A DNA stretch of 64,000 nucleotides from Vicinamibacterales bacterium. Its GTDB lineage: Bacteria; Acidobacteriota; Vicinamibacteria; Vicinamibacterales; CAVVIG01. The position numbers and the translations under genes are program-made. A model generated the notes under the pieces. The model saw only the letters and a list, made by a program, of their open reading frames with translations, ran no database searches and was not told where the DNA came from. This document shows, in pieces, positions 24,468 to 33,764 of this stretch (position 1 is its first letter; the number at the start of each line of letters is the position of its first letter). Location of the stretch: NCBI GenBank assembly GCA_036004865.1, contig DASYQZ010000097.1, positions 4,606 through 68,605 of the forward strand. The letters are read 5' to 3'.

Positions 24468-26258
24468 TCACGCGAACGGATACCCACCACGTGCCACCGT
24501 TTCATCCGCTAGGCGGCGTCTGAGTGCCGCCGTGTTGATGGGCGTCACCTTGATCAAGCGCCGCAGTGCGGCGAGCATCGTTCGGAGTATATCGCCGTCG
24601 ACGGTTGCGGCGAGCGCCTGGCGCGCCGACGCGTCGATGCGCATCGCGGCGTCGTTGACGAACACGCGCGCCGCGTCGACGTGGAGCGACGCGCGCGGAT
24701 TCTTTTGCGCGGCGGCCGCCGCGGCGCGCAGCACGGCGCTCTCGGCGGCGAACACGTCGATCAGGATGTCGGCTGCGTGCATCAGCACTTCCTGCTCGTC
24801 GGTCAGCTTCTGTCCGAACGTCTGCATTCCGAGGCCGAGCACCATCAGCGCGGTTTTCTTGAACGCCTCGACCGCGCGGCGCTCGTCGGCCAGCACGGAA
24901 TCGTCCGGCTCGGGGAGCGACGGCGGTCCGAGCAGTTCCTCCTGCAGCGCCTTGGCGGCCGGAATCAGCGCGAGGTCGCCTTTGACCGCGCGCCGCACCA
25001 GCATGCCGGGAATCAGCAGACGATTGATTTCGTTCGTCCCCTCGAAGATGCGATTGACGCGCGCGTCGCGGTAATGGCGCTCGGCCGGATAGTCCTTCAC
25101 GTAGCCGTTGCCGCCGTGAATCTGGATGTTCTCGTCGAGCACGTAGTTCAGCGCTTCGCTGCCGAGCACTTTCGCAATCGACGATTCGACGGCGTACTCC
25201 TCGAAGGCAGCGAGGGCCGCTGATCCATCGTTGTCGTCATGTGGAGTGGACGCGATCTGCGCGTCGACCAGACCGGCGGTCCGATAGAGCAGGCTCTCGA
25301 CGGCGTACTCGCGCACGACCATCTCGCCGATCTTGTGCTTGATGGCGCCGAAGTTCGCGATCGGCTGGCCGAACTGCCGGCGCGTGCCCGCGTACTTCGC
25401 GGCCTCGGCGATGGCGCCCTGCGCCCCGCCGCCGCACATCGCGCCGAGCTTGAACCGCGCGAAGTTCAGCACGTTGAACGCGACCTTGTGCCCCTTGCCG
25501 ACTTCGCCCAGCACGTTCGCTGCCGGCACCTTCACGTCCTGAAAGATGAGCGGCGTCGTCGACGACCCGTGCAGCCCCATCTTGTGCTCTTCCTTGCCGC
25601 TCTTGACGCCGAACCCGCGCTCGACGATGAAGGCCGTGAACTGCTCGCCGTCCACCTTCGCGAAGACGACGAACAGATCGGCGAAGCCGCCGTTGGTAAT
25701 CCACATCTTCTCGCCGTTCAGGAGGTAGCTCCCGTCGGCCTGGCGTGTCGCCCTGGTACGTGCGCCGAGTGCGTCGGAGCCCGATCCCGATTCGCTCAAG
25801 CCGTACGCGCCGATCAGCTCGCCGCTCAGCAGCTTCGGCAGGTACTGCTGTTTCTGCGCCTCGGTGCCGAACAGCACAATGGGCACCACGGTGAGGTTGG
25901 CGTGCGCCCCGAAGGCGGCGCCGAACGACGCCGAGCGCGCGAGCTTCTCGCTGACGACGAGGGACGTGACCTTGTCGAGCGCGAGGCCGCCGTACGCCTC
26001 CGGCACGTCGACGCCGAGCAGCCCGAGATCGGCGCCGCGCCGCACGAGCGTGCGCGCGAGATTCCAGTCTTTCTGCTCGAGCTGGTCGAGCACGGGCAGG
26101 ACTTCGTTGTCGACGAACGCCTGCGCGGTACGGCCGATCAACCGGTGCTCTTCGGTGAGACGCTCGGGCGTGAACACCGTATCAGCGTCGGCGGCCTGCA
26201 GCAGCCATTCGCCGCCGCGGAGAATCGATGTCGTCGTCGGAGCGGTCGTGGTAGGCAT
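24468..26258 (-). CDS. acyl-CoA dehydrogenase (long, FadE-like)
   Basis: 596 aa. ..GAYGLSESGSGSDA.., ..KMWITNGG.., ..IHGGNGYV.DYP.ERHYRDARV.RIFEGTNEI. Confidence 0.9.
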   Translation of the reverse strand: MPTTTAPTTTSILRGGEWLLQAADADTVFTPERLTEEHRLIGRTAQAFVDNEVLPVLDQLEQKDWNLARTLVRRGADLGLLGVDVPEAYGGLALDKVTSLVVSEKLARSASFGAAFGAHANLTVVPIVLFGTEAQKQQYLPKLLSGELIGAYGLSESGSGSDALGARTRATRQADGSYLLNGEKMWITNGGFADLFVVFAKVDGEQFTAFIVERGFGVKSGKEEHKMGLHGSSTTPLIFQDVKVPAANVLGEVGKGHKVAFNVLNFARFKLGAMCGGGAQGAIAEAAKYAGTRRQFGQPIANFGAIKHKIGEMVVREYAVESLLYRTAGLVDAQIASTPHDDNDGSAALAAFEEYAVESSIAKVLGSEALNYVLDENIQIHGGNGYVKDYPAERHYRDARVNRIFEGTNEINRLLIPGMLVRRAVKGDLALIPAAKALQEELLGPPSLPEPDDSVLADERRAVEAFKKTALMVLGLGMQTFGQKLTDEQEVLMHAADILIDVFAAESAVLRAAAAAAQKNPRASLHVDAARVFVNDAAMRIDASARQALAATVDGDILRTMLAALRRLIKVTPINTAALRRRLADETVARGGYPFA

Positions 26259-26296
26259 TGTGGACTCCCCTAGATTCTCTCAAAAATGTCGGCGGC

Positions 26297-27487
26297 TCAC
26301 AGTCGCTCGAAGATTCCCGCAGCTCCCATCCCGCCGCCGACGCACATCGTGACCATCCCATATCGCGCGTTGCGCCGCTTCATCTCGTGCAGAATCGTCG
26401 TCGTCAGCTTCGCGCCGGTACAGCCGAGCGGATGACCCAGCGCAATCGCCCCGCCGTTGACGTTCAGCCGATCGGGGTCGATCGGTAGCGCTTTGAGACA
26501 CGCGAGCACCTGCGCGGCAAATGCTTCGTTCAGCTCGATGAGATCGATTTGATCGAGCGTCAGGCCCGCGAGCTTGAGCGCCTTCTTGATGGCCGGCACG
26601 GGACCGATGCCGAACCGCTCGGGCTCGACGCCCGCCGTTGCGAACGTGACGAAGCGGGCGAGCGGCGTGAGGCCCCGCTCGCGTGCGAGCTCCGCGGACG
26701 TGACGATGACCGCGGCGGCCCCGTCGCTCGTCTGCGACGAGTTGCCGGCCGTGACGCTGCCGCTCGCGTGAAACGCCGGCCGGAGTTTTGCGAGCGCCTC
26801 GGCCGACGTATCCCGCCGCGGACCCTCGTCAACCGAGAACGTGATCTGTTTCGTCTTTGGCCTCGCGCTGCCGCCATTGGTCGGCTCGAGCACCGTCGCC
26901 GTGACGGGGACGATTTCTTCCGCGAACCGTCCGCTGTCGATCGCCGCGATCGCGCGCTGATGGCTGCGCAGCGCAAACGCGTCCTGTTCGTCACGCGAAA
27001 TGGCCGACTCGCGCGCGTGATTCTCGGCGACGAGGCCGGTGCTCAGGTAGACGTCGGGATATCTGTCGACGAGCGTCGGGTTCGGCGCGATCTTGTTCCC
27101 GCCCATCGGCACGAGGCTCATCGACTCGGTGCCGCCGGCGACGATCGTCGACGCGAAGCCGCACATCACGCGCTCGGCGGCGTACGCAATCGCCTGAAGA
27201 CCCGACGAACAGAACCGGTTCACCGTGACCGCCGAGGCTTCGACCGGAATGCCCGCGCGCAGGCTCGCGATGCGCGCCACGTTCATCCCCTGTTCCGCTT
27301 CCGGCATCGCGCACCCGAGAATGACGTCGTCGACGTCCGACGCGTTGATGCCGGGCGCGCGCTTCAGCGCTTCGCCGATTGCCGTGGCGGCGAGCTCGTC
27401 GGGCCGCGTGCCGCGGAGCGTGCCGCCCGGCGCTTTGCCGACGGCCGTGCGTGCCGCCGAGACGATGACTGCTTCTTTCATGACCAA
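26297..27487 (-). CDS. fadA: acetyl-CoA C-acyltransferase (thiolase)
   Basis: [10 protein letters not shown] (active-site Cys), [29 protein letters not shown]. Confidence 0.92.
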   Translation of the reverse strand: MVMKEAVIVSAARTAVGKAPGGTLRGTRPDELAATAIGEALKRAPGINASDVDDVILGCAMPEAEQGMNVARIASLRAGIPVEASAVTVNRFCSSGLQAIAYAAERVMCGFASTIVAGGTESMSLVPMGGNKIAPNPTLVDRYPDVYLSTGLVAENHARESAISRDEQDAFALRSHQRAIAAIDSGRFAEEIVPVTATVLEPTNGGSARPKTKQITFSVDEGPRRDTSAEALAKLRPAFHASGSVTAGNSSQTSDGAAAVIVTSAELARERGLTPLARFVTFATAGVEPERFGIGPVPAIKKALKLAGLTLDQIDLIELNEAFAAQVLACLKALPIDPDRLNVNGGAIALGHPLGCTGAKLTTTILHEMKRRNARYGMVTMCVGGGMGAAGIFERL

Positions 27488-28146
27488 TCCCCCAACAAAT
27501 CTTCGATCGCGTCGGCGACCTCGCTGACTTTGCCGTCGAACAGATGATCGGCGCCGTCAATGACGACGAGCTCCTTCGGCTCGGCGCAGCGCGCGTAGAA
27601 CTCGCGCGTGTCCTTCAGCGGACAAATCTCGTCGCGCTCCGCCTGGATGAAGAACTTCGCTTGTGTGCTGCGCGCGACGGGTTCGAAGTCGTAACGCGAG
27701 ATCGGCAGGGCGATGCCGATGAGCGTCGCGACGCGCGGATCCTCGGCGCCAACCGTCAACGCGATGTACGACCCGAACGACATCCCTGCGGACCACAGCT
27801 TGGCGCCCGGATAACGCTCGCTCATGAAATCGAGTGCCGCACGAAAGTCGTCCATCTCGCCCGGACCGTTGCTGAACGATCCGTCGCTCGCGCCGGCGCC
27901 CCGGAAATTGAAGCGCAGCACCGCACAGCCGATCCGGCTGAGCGCCTTGGCGGCCTGATACACGACCTTCGTGTGCATCGTGCCGCCGTATTCGGTGTGC
28001 GGGTGACCGAAGACGACCGCGGCGCGCACACCGGCCGTGTGGCCCGTCTCGAGCAACCCATCGGTGCCCACGCCGCGCGCGGCCGCCGGCGCGTCGAGCA
28101 GCGCCTCCAACCGTCCCGCCGGTCCCGGAATATCAAGCAGCGGCAT
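27478..28146 (-). CDS. alpha/beta hydrolase
   Basis: GMSFGS nucleophile elbow, [12 protein letters not shown]-terminal DHLF. Start trimmed to ATG 28146 (MPLLDIPGP). Confidence 0.7.
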   Translation of the reverse strand: MPLLDIPGPAGRLEALLDAPAAARGVGTDGLLETGHTAGVRAAVVFGHPHTEYGGTMHTKVVYQAAKALSRIGCAVLRFNFRGAGASDGSFSNGPGEMDDFRAALDFMSERYPGAKLWSAGMSFGSYIALTVGAEDPRVATLIGIALPISRYDFEPVARSTQAKFFIQAERDEICPLKDTREFYARCAEPKELVVIDGADHLFDGKVSEVADAIEDLLGDWS

Positions 28147-28879
28147 GACGTTGACCGTTGACGAAATCGCGCACCAGCGCCGCAAATGCGTCGGGACGCG
28201 TGATCGATCCGATGTGTCCCGTCCGCTCGATGACGGCGGCGCGCGCGTTGGGAATCAGCCGCGCGTACTCCGACGCGCCGTCGACCGGCACGACGTGATC
28301 CAGCGCGCGCTCGCCGGTGACGACGAGCGTCGGCGCGGTCACGCGAAGACAATCCGTCGTCAAGTCGGTCGTCGAGACCATCCGTGCGCGCGCGGCCATC
28401 TGCGAGAACGACACCGGCGCGCCGGGCAGTTCCCGCAGGACTCCGAGCCTGAGCGCCCATCGCGCCCGCCAGCTCGGCATCGCCGAGACGATTTCAGCGT
28501 GCAGCCGCCAGGGCGCTTCGGCGAAGAACAGCGGGCCGAAGATCCACGGGCACCGCAGATACAGCTGATGCCGCCGCCGCAGGCGGAGCCGGGGTGCCGG
28601 CGTCGACGCCAGTACGAGCGCGCTCGTGCGCTCGGGATGAACCGCCGCGAAGCGAACCGCGATGAGCCCGCCGAAGGACACGCCGCAGACGACGGCGCGA
28701 TCGACATGGTTGTCGTCGAGCCTGCGCGCGACCTGGGCGACGAAGTCGTCGAGCGTGCGCGCGGCGCCGAGCGAGAACGTCAGGACGCGGAACTCGCGCG
28801 ACAACGCGTCGACGGCCGGACGCATGTACTCCCAGCGGCCTTGAACGCCCGGCACGAGAATCAGGGGAGTGGCGGCCAT
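28133..28879 (-). CDS. alpha/beta hydrolase
   Basis: GVSFGG nucleophile elbow and ..ERTGHIG.. His region. Confidence 0.72.
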   Translation of the reverse strand: MAATPLILVPGVQGRWEYMRPAVDALSREFRVLTFSLGAARTLDDFVAQVARRLDDNHVDRAVVCGVSFGGLIAVRFAAVHPERTSALVLASTPAPRLRLRRRHQLYLRCPWIFGPLFFAEAPWRLHAEIVSAMPSWRARWALRLGVLRELPGAPVSFSQMAARARMVSTTDLTTDCLRVTAPTLVVTGERALDHVVPVDGASEYARLIPNARAAVIERTGHIGSITRPDAFAALVRDFVNGQRHAAA

Positions 28880-28894
28880 GGTCCTTGCTGCGCT

Positions 28895-31243
28895 TCAGTT
28901 CCTCAGCGGCTTGCCGGTTTTCAACGTGTGCTGGATCCGTTCCAGCGTCTTCCGCTCGCCGCACAGCTTCAGAAACGCTTCGCGCTCGAGGTCGAGCAGG
29001 TACTGCTCGCCAACCGTCGTCTGGTGCGGCAGCGATCCGCCGGCGAGCACGTTCGCGAGCGCGCGGCCGACCACGGCGTCGTGGTCGCTGATCCGGCCGG
29101 CGCGCCACGCGAGATGGACGCCGAGCTTCAACGCCGCGAGCACGTTCTCGCCGCCGACTGGAATCGCCGTGCGCGGCACAGAGCGCTGATAGCCTTCGCG
29201 CACGCGTTCGAGCGCAAATTCCTTCGCGTCGTCTATCAGCCGGTCGCGGTTCATCGTGATGCGATCGGCGTCGGTGAGGAAGCCGAGCCGCCTCGCGTCG
29301 GCGGCGCTGGTCGAGGCCTTCGCGAATCCGATGGTCTCGAAGACGCGCTGCACGAACGGCAGCAGATCGGTCTGAGGGCCCGGCACGACATGGCTTCCAG
29401 CCACCGCTCGCGCGAGCAGTTCCTTGCAGCCGCCGGCCGCGGGAATCAGCCCCACGCCGACTTCGACCTGACCGATGTAGCTTTCGGCCGCCGCCTGCAC
29501 GCGATCGCCGTGGAGCACGATTTCGCAGCCGCCGCCGAGCGTCAGGCCCGCGGGCGCGACGATGACCGGCACGTCGGCGTAGCGCAGCGCCATCGTCGTG
29601 TTCTGGAACGTCCGAATCATCAGGTCGATCTCGTCCCAGTTGCCTTCCTGCGCTTCCATGAGCAGCAGCATCAGGTTGGCGCCGACGGAGAAATTCTCGG
29701 CTTCGGTGAAGACGACCAGCGCGGCGAAATTCGCGGCCGCTTCCTTGACGCCCGCCTGCAGCATCTGCACGGTGTCGCCGCCGATCGCGTTCATCTTCGA
29801 GTGGAGCTCGACGGCGAGCACGCCGTCGCCGAGATCGACGAGGCTTGCGCCGGCATTGCGCTTGACGATCTTTTTTTCGCGGCCCTGCCGCCTCTGCGCC
29901 TCCGGCGCTTCGGCGAGCCTGGCCGAAGCTCGCCCGTCATCTTGGCGAGCGGAGGCCGGGACGGGCCGCGCAACGACGGTCACCGTGTCGTGCAGCCGCG
30001 AGGCGGCCCTTTCATCCCTCGACGAGCTCGGGATGCCCTGAGCGTGTCGACGGGCAGGACCGCCAACCGTTTCGACGACGGTGTCGTTGACCTCGTTGGG
30101 GCCGAGCGCTTCGAGCGTCTCGAACGGTCCGAGCGCCCATCCGAAGCCCCACTTCATCGCGCGATCGACATCGTCGTTCGAATACGCGATGTCGGGCGCG
30201 ACGCGCGCCGTGTAGAGCAACGTTGGCCCAAGCGTCTCCCGCAGAAACTGTCCGACGTTGTCGTTGCCGAAGAACAGCGTTTTGATCCGCTGACCCGGGT
30301 CCTCGATCGATCGCGCCGCGTCGAGGGACGGGAGTCGGGCGGACTGCTTCGGCCGATAGGTCAGCGTCGCGGGATCCAGCGTGAGGATCTCGGATCCTGA
30401 CTTCGTTTTTTCCCGCTTATAGAATCCCTGCCCCGCCTTCTCGCCGACCCATCCGCGCTCGACGAGCGAGCCGACGAGCGGCGGCACCGGCAGATTCAGG
30501 TTCTTCGCGACGTGCGCCAGCACGTCGATGCCGACGATGTCCGCCGTACGAAAGGTTGCGCTCTTCGGCCGGCCGAGCGCCGGACCTGTGATGGCGTCGA
30601 TTTCCTCGATCGTGTACCGGCCCGACTCGAGCGCGCGCAGCACCTGGACGACGCCGTACACGCCGATGTGATTCGCGATGAAGTTCGGCGAGTCCTTCGC
30701 AATCACGACGCCTTTGCCCAGCCGGTGATCCGCGAACGACGAGACGCGATCGACGACCGCCGAATCGGTGCCGGCTGCGGGAATCACTTCGAGCAGGTGC
30801 AGGTAGCGGGGCGGATTGAAGAAGTGCGTCCCGAGCCAGTGGCGCCGGAAATCGTCGGTGCGCCCCTCCGCGAGCGCCCCGATTGGGATGCCCGACGTGT
30901 TCGACGAGACGATGGTGCCCGCCCGCCGGACGCGGTCCACTTTTTCGAGCAGCGCACGCTTGACGTCGATCTGCTCGACCACGGCCTCCATGATCCAGTC
31001 GACGCCGGCGACGCGCGCGAGATCCGAGTCGAAGCCGCCGGTCGTGATGAGCGCCGCGGTCTCCGGTGTAAAGAACGGATCGGGCTTGAGCGCTCGCGCG
31101 CGCTTCAGCCCTTCGCGCGCGACGTCGGGGGTGAGATCGAGGAGCAGCGCCGGGACGCCGGCGTTCGCGAAGTGCGCCGCGATCTGCGCGCCCATGGTGC
31201 CGGCGCCGAGGACTGCGACCGATCGAATCGATCCGGATGTCAT
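28895..31243 (-). CDS. bifunctional 3-hydroxyacyl-CoA dehydrogenase / enoyl-CoA hydratase (FadN/FadB-like)
   Basis: N-terminal VLGAGTMGAQIA Rossmann motif. C-terminal crotonase region ..FSVGANL..PAGLTLGGGCEI. The interdomain linker carries repeat F2. ATGA overlap with the TetR stop. Confidence 0.9.
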   Translation of the reverse strand: MTSGSIRSVAVLGAGTMGAQIAAHFANAGVPALLLDLTPDVAREGLKRARALKPDPFFTPETAALITTGGFDSDLARVAGVDWIMEAVVEQIDVKRALLEKVDRVRRAGTIVSSNTSGIPIGALAEGRTDDFRRHWLGTHFFNPPRYLHLLEVIPAAGTDSAVVDRVSSFADHRLGKGVVIAKDSPNFIANHIGVYGVVQVLRALESGRYTIEEIDAITGPALGRPKSATFRTADIVGIDVLAHVAKNLNLPVPPLVGSLVERGWVGEKAGQGFYKREKTKSGSEILTLDPATLTYRPKQSARLPSLDAARSIEDPGQRIKTLFFGNDNVGQFLRETLGPTLLYTARVAPDIAYSNDDVDRAMKWGFGWALGPFETLEALGPNEVNDTVVETVGGPARRHAQGIPSSSRDERAASRLHDTVTVVARPVPASARQDDGRASARLAEAPEAQRRQGREKKIVKRNAGASLVDLGDGVLAVELHSKMNAIGGDTVQMLQAGVKEAAANFAALVVFTEAENFSVGANLMLLLMEAQEGNWDEIDLMIRTFQNTTMALRYADVPVIVAPAGLTLGGGCEIVLHGDRVQAAAESYIGQVEVGVGLIPAAGGCKELLARAVAGSHVVPGPQTDLLPFVQRVFETIGFAKASTSAADARRLGFLTDADRITMNRDRLIDDAKEFALERVREGYQRSVPRTAIPVGGENVLAALKLGVHLAWRAGRISDHDAVVGRALANVLAGGSLPHQTTVGEQYLLDLEREAFLKLCGERKTLERIQHTLKTGKPLRN
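29896..29962. repeat. dispersed hairpin repeat family F2, copy 1 (inside the FadB-like linker)
   Basis: gcgcctccggcgcttcggcgagcctggccgaagctcgc..ggcgagcggaggccgggac. The core palindrome is GCTTCGGC-gagcct-GCCGAAGC. Confidence 0.85.
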
Positions 31244-31878
31244 CGCGTCCGCGCACCGTTGAGGAACAAGTCGACCGCCGCGTCGGCGTCAGCCTCGAGC
31301 GCATATCGCCGGCGGCTCAGAATCCAGTTCGTCGCCATTTCGTCGAGCACGCCAAAGAACATCTTGGCGGCGACGGTCGGCTTCAGATCGGCGCGCAGGA
31401 GCTTCCGGCGCTGGCCGTCCTCGATGGCCTCCCGGATGAGACCGAGGTAATCGCGCAGCAGCGTCGACGAGAATCGCTCCATGAACTTCGTCGACTGCCG
31501 GAGCTCGACCTGAAAGACGACGGCGAGGTTGCGGTCACGCCCGAGACCGCCGAGGTGGAGCCGCGCGAAGCGGTGCAGCCGCTCGCGCGGATCGGTCGTG
31601 TCGGCCACGGCGGCGCGCACGCGGGCGAGCGCCTCGCGCATGGTGCGTTCGAAGATCGACACGAGCAGGTCGTCCTTGCTGCGGAAATAGAGGTAGACCG
31701 TGCCCGCGGCGACGCCTGCCGCGCGGGCGACGTCGGCCACCTGCGCGTTGAAGAAGCCGCGCTCGGCGAAGACATCGATGGCGGCGCGCAGGATGGCGTC
31801 TCGTTTCGGCCCCGCGATGGTTTCGGGGCGGCTTTTTCGGGCCGTGGCGGCGACTGGCATGACTGAATGAATAGTCAT
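31240..31878 (-). CDS. TetR/AcrR-family transcriptional regulator
   Basis: HTH region ILRAAIDVFAERGFFNAQVADVARAAGVAAGTVYLYFRSKDDLL. Alternative start at ATG 31860. Confidence 0.87.
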   Translation of the reverse strand: MTIHSVMPVAATARKSRPETIAGPKRDAILRAAIDVFAERGFFNAQVADVARAAGVAAGTVYLYFRSKDDLLVSIFERTMREALARVRAAVADTTDPRERLHRFARLHLGGLGRDRNLAVVFQVELRQSTKFMERFSSTLLRDYLGLIREAIEDGQRRKLLRADLKPTVAAKMFFGVLDEMATNWILSRRRYALEADADAAVDLFLNGARTR

Positions 31879-31907
31879 TCAGTCGGGCGGCCTCTGTCAA
31901 CTGTCGA

Positions 31908-31963
31908 GTGCTGGGTGCTGGTGCTCCGTGCCTTGGTGCTCCGCGCCCTGGTGCCTCGTGCGT
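31908..31963. repeat. degenerate tandem heptamer tract (GGTGCTS-like, about 8 units)
   Basis: gtgctgg gtgctg gtgctcc gtgcctt ggtgctcc gcgccct ggtgcct cgtgcgt, lying between the ABC-2 permease stop and the TetR start. Confidence 0.6.
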
Positions 31964-31965
31964 CG

Positions 31966-32760
31966 TCACCGCCAGCGTGTCAGGATGGATTCGCGTTCGA
32001 AGATTGCGACGCTGAACAGCGTCAGCAGAATCCAGACGCCGGCCAGACCGAGGCCGATCAGGCCGAGGGCGGTCGCCGACAGCCAGACCGTCCCCATGAA
32101 CTGCGCGATGAGCAGCGCCGACAGCGGGATGATGATCATGACGCCGAACTGCTGCGCCGTCCGCGGGTCGTTGACGCGCGACGAGATCACGATCGCTGAC
32201 TGCAGCGAGACGAGCGCCGCGGCGGGCGCGACGAGCAGCACGAGCGCCGCCGTCCTCGCGCTCGCCATCGCGCCCAGCACGCCGGATTCGCCGAAGAGCG
32301 CGATGCCGGCGAAGTACAGCGCCAGGCCGGTCAGCGATATGGCGAGCGTCGGCAGCAGCGCGCCGAGCACCTTCGCGACGAGCAGCTCGAGCGTCGTGAT
32401 CGGCGTGGCCAGCAGCGGTTCCAGCGTCCGCGCCTGCTTTTCGCCGACAACGGAGTGCGACGCGAGCGCCATCGCGCCCGTCACCGGAATCACGAGGAAC
32501 AGCATCAGGAACTGCTGAAAGAAGAACAGCTCGATCTGGCCGTCTTCGGAAAGCGTCTCGTGCGCGCCGATCAAGCGACTCAGCTTCAGCAGTTCGGTGT
32601 CCTCGCTCAACGCGTGCCCCGTCATCGACGGGAGCACGATGGCGATGCCGAAGGCCATGGCCAGCGTGAGCATCGTCACGATCACCACGGGCACGAGCGC
32701 CGTGCGATTCCTTGCAAGGTCCAGGAGTTCTTTGCCAACGAGAGCTCGAATGCGCGTCAC
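31966..32760 (-). CDS. ABC-2-type transporter permease
   Basis: 264 aa with six predicted TM helices. GTG start. Paired with the upstream ATPase. Confidence 0.7.
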   Translation of the reverse strand: MTRIRALVGKELLDLARNRTALVPVVIVTMLTLAMAFGIAIVLPSMTGHALSEDTELLKLSRLIGAHETLSEDGQIELFFFQQFLMLFLVIPVTGAMALASHSVVGEKQARTLEPLLATPITTLELLVAKVLGALLPTLAISLTGLALYFAGIALFGESGVLGAMASARTAALVLLVAPAAALVSLQSAIVISSRVNDPRTAQQFGVMIIIPLSALLIAQFMGTVWLSATALGLIGLGLAGVWILLTLFSVAIFERESILTRWR

Positions 32761-32771
32761 AGTTAATTCGC

Positions 32772-32839
32772 CATCTTTTTTGCACTGGCGGCGGGGCCCC
32801 CACCCCCCGCGCTGGGGGCCCCGGCATGGCCGCAGGCGC
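32772..32839 (-). repeat. family F1, copy C (short form lacking hairpin 1)
   Basis: The reverse complement reads gcgcctgcggccatgcc-ggggcccccagcgcggggggtgggggcccc-gccgccagtgcaaaaaagatgg. Confidence 0.8.
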
Positions 32840-32849
32840 TGCTGCGAAG

Positions 32850-33764
32850 TTAGCTGTCAGGCGCCTCACCTATCAGATGCAGATACGCATCTTCGAGCGC
32901 CGGTACTTCTTGGCGGACTTCGACGATTCGCGCACCTTCCGCCGCCAGCGCGCTGACGAGGGCGGGCGTCTCGTGTTCGGCGTTCGCCAGGCGCACCACG
33001 ATGGTGTTCCCGTCAATCGTGGCGTCGCGGTCGAATCGGCGCACGAGATCGAGGTGCGCGGCCGGATCGCCGGCGAGCTGGACGATGACGCGTCCGGTCC
33101 TCAGCCGCTGACGGAGCGACGCCGGGCTGTCGAGCGCGAGCAGGCGTCCGTGCAGCACGGCGACGCGATCGGCCAGGCGCTCCGCCTCGTCGAGGTTGTG
33201 CGTCGACACGAGAATGGAGCAGCCGGCCGCGCGCCGCTCGTCGAGGAGCGCGCGCACGCTGCGGGTGATTTCCGGATCGAGTCCCGACGTCGGCTCGTCG
33301 AGCAGCAGAATCCGAGGTTCGTGCAGGAGCGCCCGCGCAAGCGCGACTTTCTGCCGCATGCCCTTCGACAGCTCGGCGGCGCGAGTTGACGCGCGGTCGG
33401 CCAGCTCGAACAGATCGAGGGCGCGATCGATCACGGGTCCCTGATTCGCGAGCCCGTACAAGCCGGCGTAGACCCGCAGATTCTCGCGGACCGTGAGGCG
33501 ATCCCACAGGCCCGGCGCCTCGGTGAGGAAGCCGATCCGGCTTCGCAGGAGCGCGCCCGTGGCGCGCGTCAGCTGCACGCCGTCGATGGCGACCGTGCCG
33601 GTCGTCGGCGCGATCAGCCCCGCGAGCATCCGCATCGTCGTGGTCTTGCCCGCGCCGTTCGGCCCGAGCAGCGCGACGATCTCCGATCGGCCGACGTCGA
33701 AGCTCACATCGTCGACGACCACGCGCGATCCGAACCGTCGCGTGAGCCCGCGCGCGGCGATCAC
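32850..33764 (-). CDS. ABC transporter ATP-binding protein (ABC-2 / DrrA-like)
   Basis: Walker A GPNGAGKTT, signature LSKGMRQKVALARAL, Walker B ILLLDEPTSGLD. GTG 33764 forms a GTGA overlap with the upstream stop. Confidence 0.9.
   Translation of the reverse strand: MIAARGLTRRFGSRVVVDDVSFDVGRSEIVALLGPNGAGKTTTMRMLAGLIAPTTGTVAIDGVQLTRATGALLRSRIGFLTEAPGLWDRLTVRENLRVYAGLYGLANQGPVIDRALDLFELADRASTRAAELSKGMRQKVALARALLHEPRILLLDEPTSGLDPEITRSVRALLDERRAAGCSILVSTHNLDEAERLADRVAVLHGRLLALDSPASLRQRLRTGRVIVQLAGDPAAHLDLVRRFDRDATIDGNTIVVRLANAEHETPALVSALAAEGARIVEVRQEVPALEDAYLHLIGEAPDS

Noticed and set aside
28037-30400. 787-aa plus-strand ORF
   Set aside because: It is antisense to the FadB-like and hydrolase genes. 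R/A/D/E-rich with no motifs.
32846-32856. GAAGTTAGC next to F1 copy C as a possible terminal inverted repeat of a MITE (it mirrors the ..GAAGTTAGC end of copy A)
   Set aside because: It is seen only at copy C. Copies A and B have no matching sequence at the corresponding end, so the evidence for true TIRs is insufficient.
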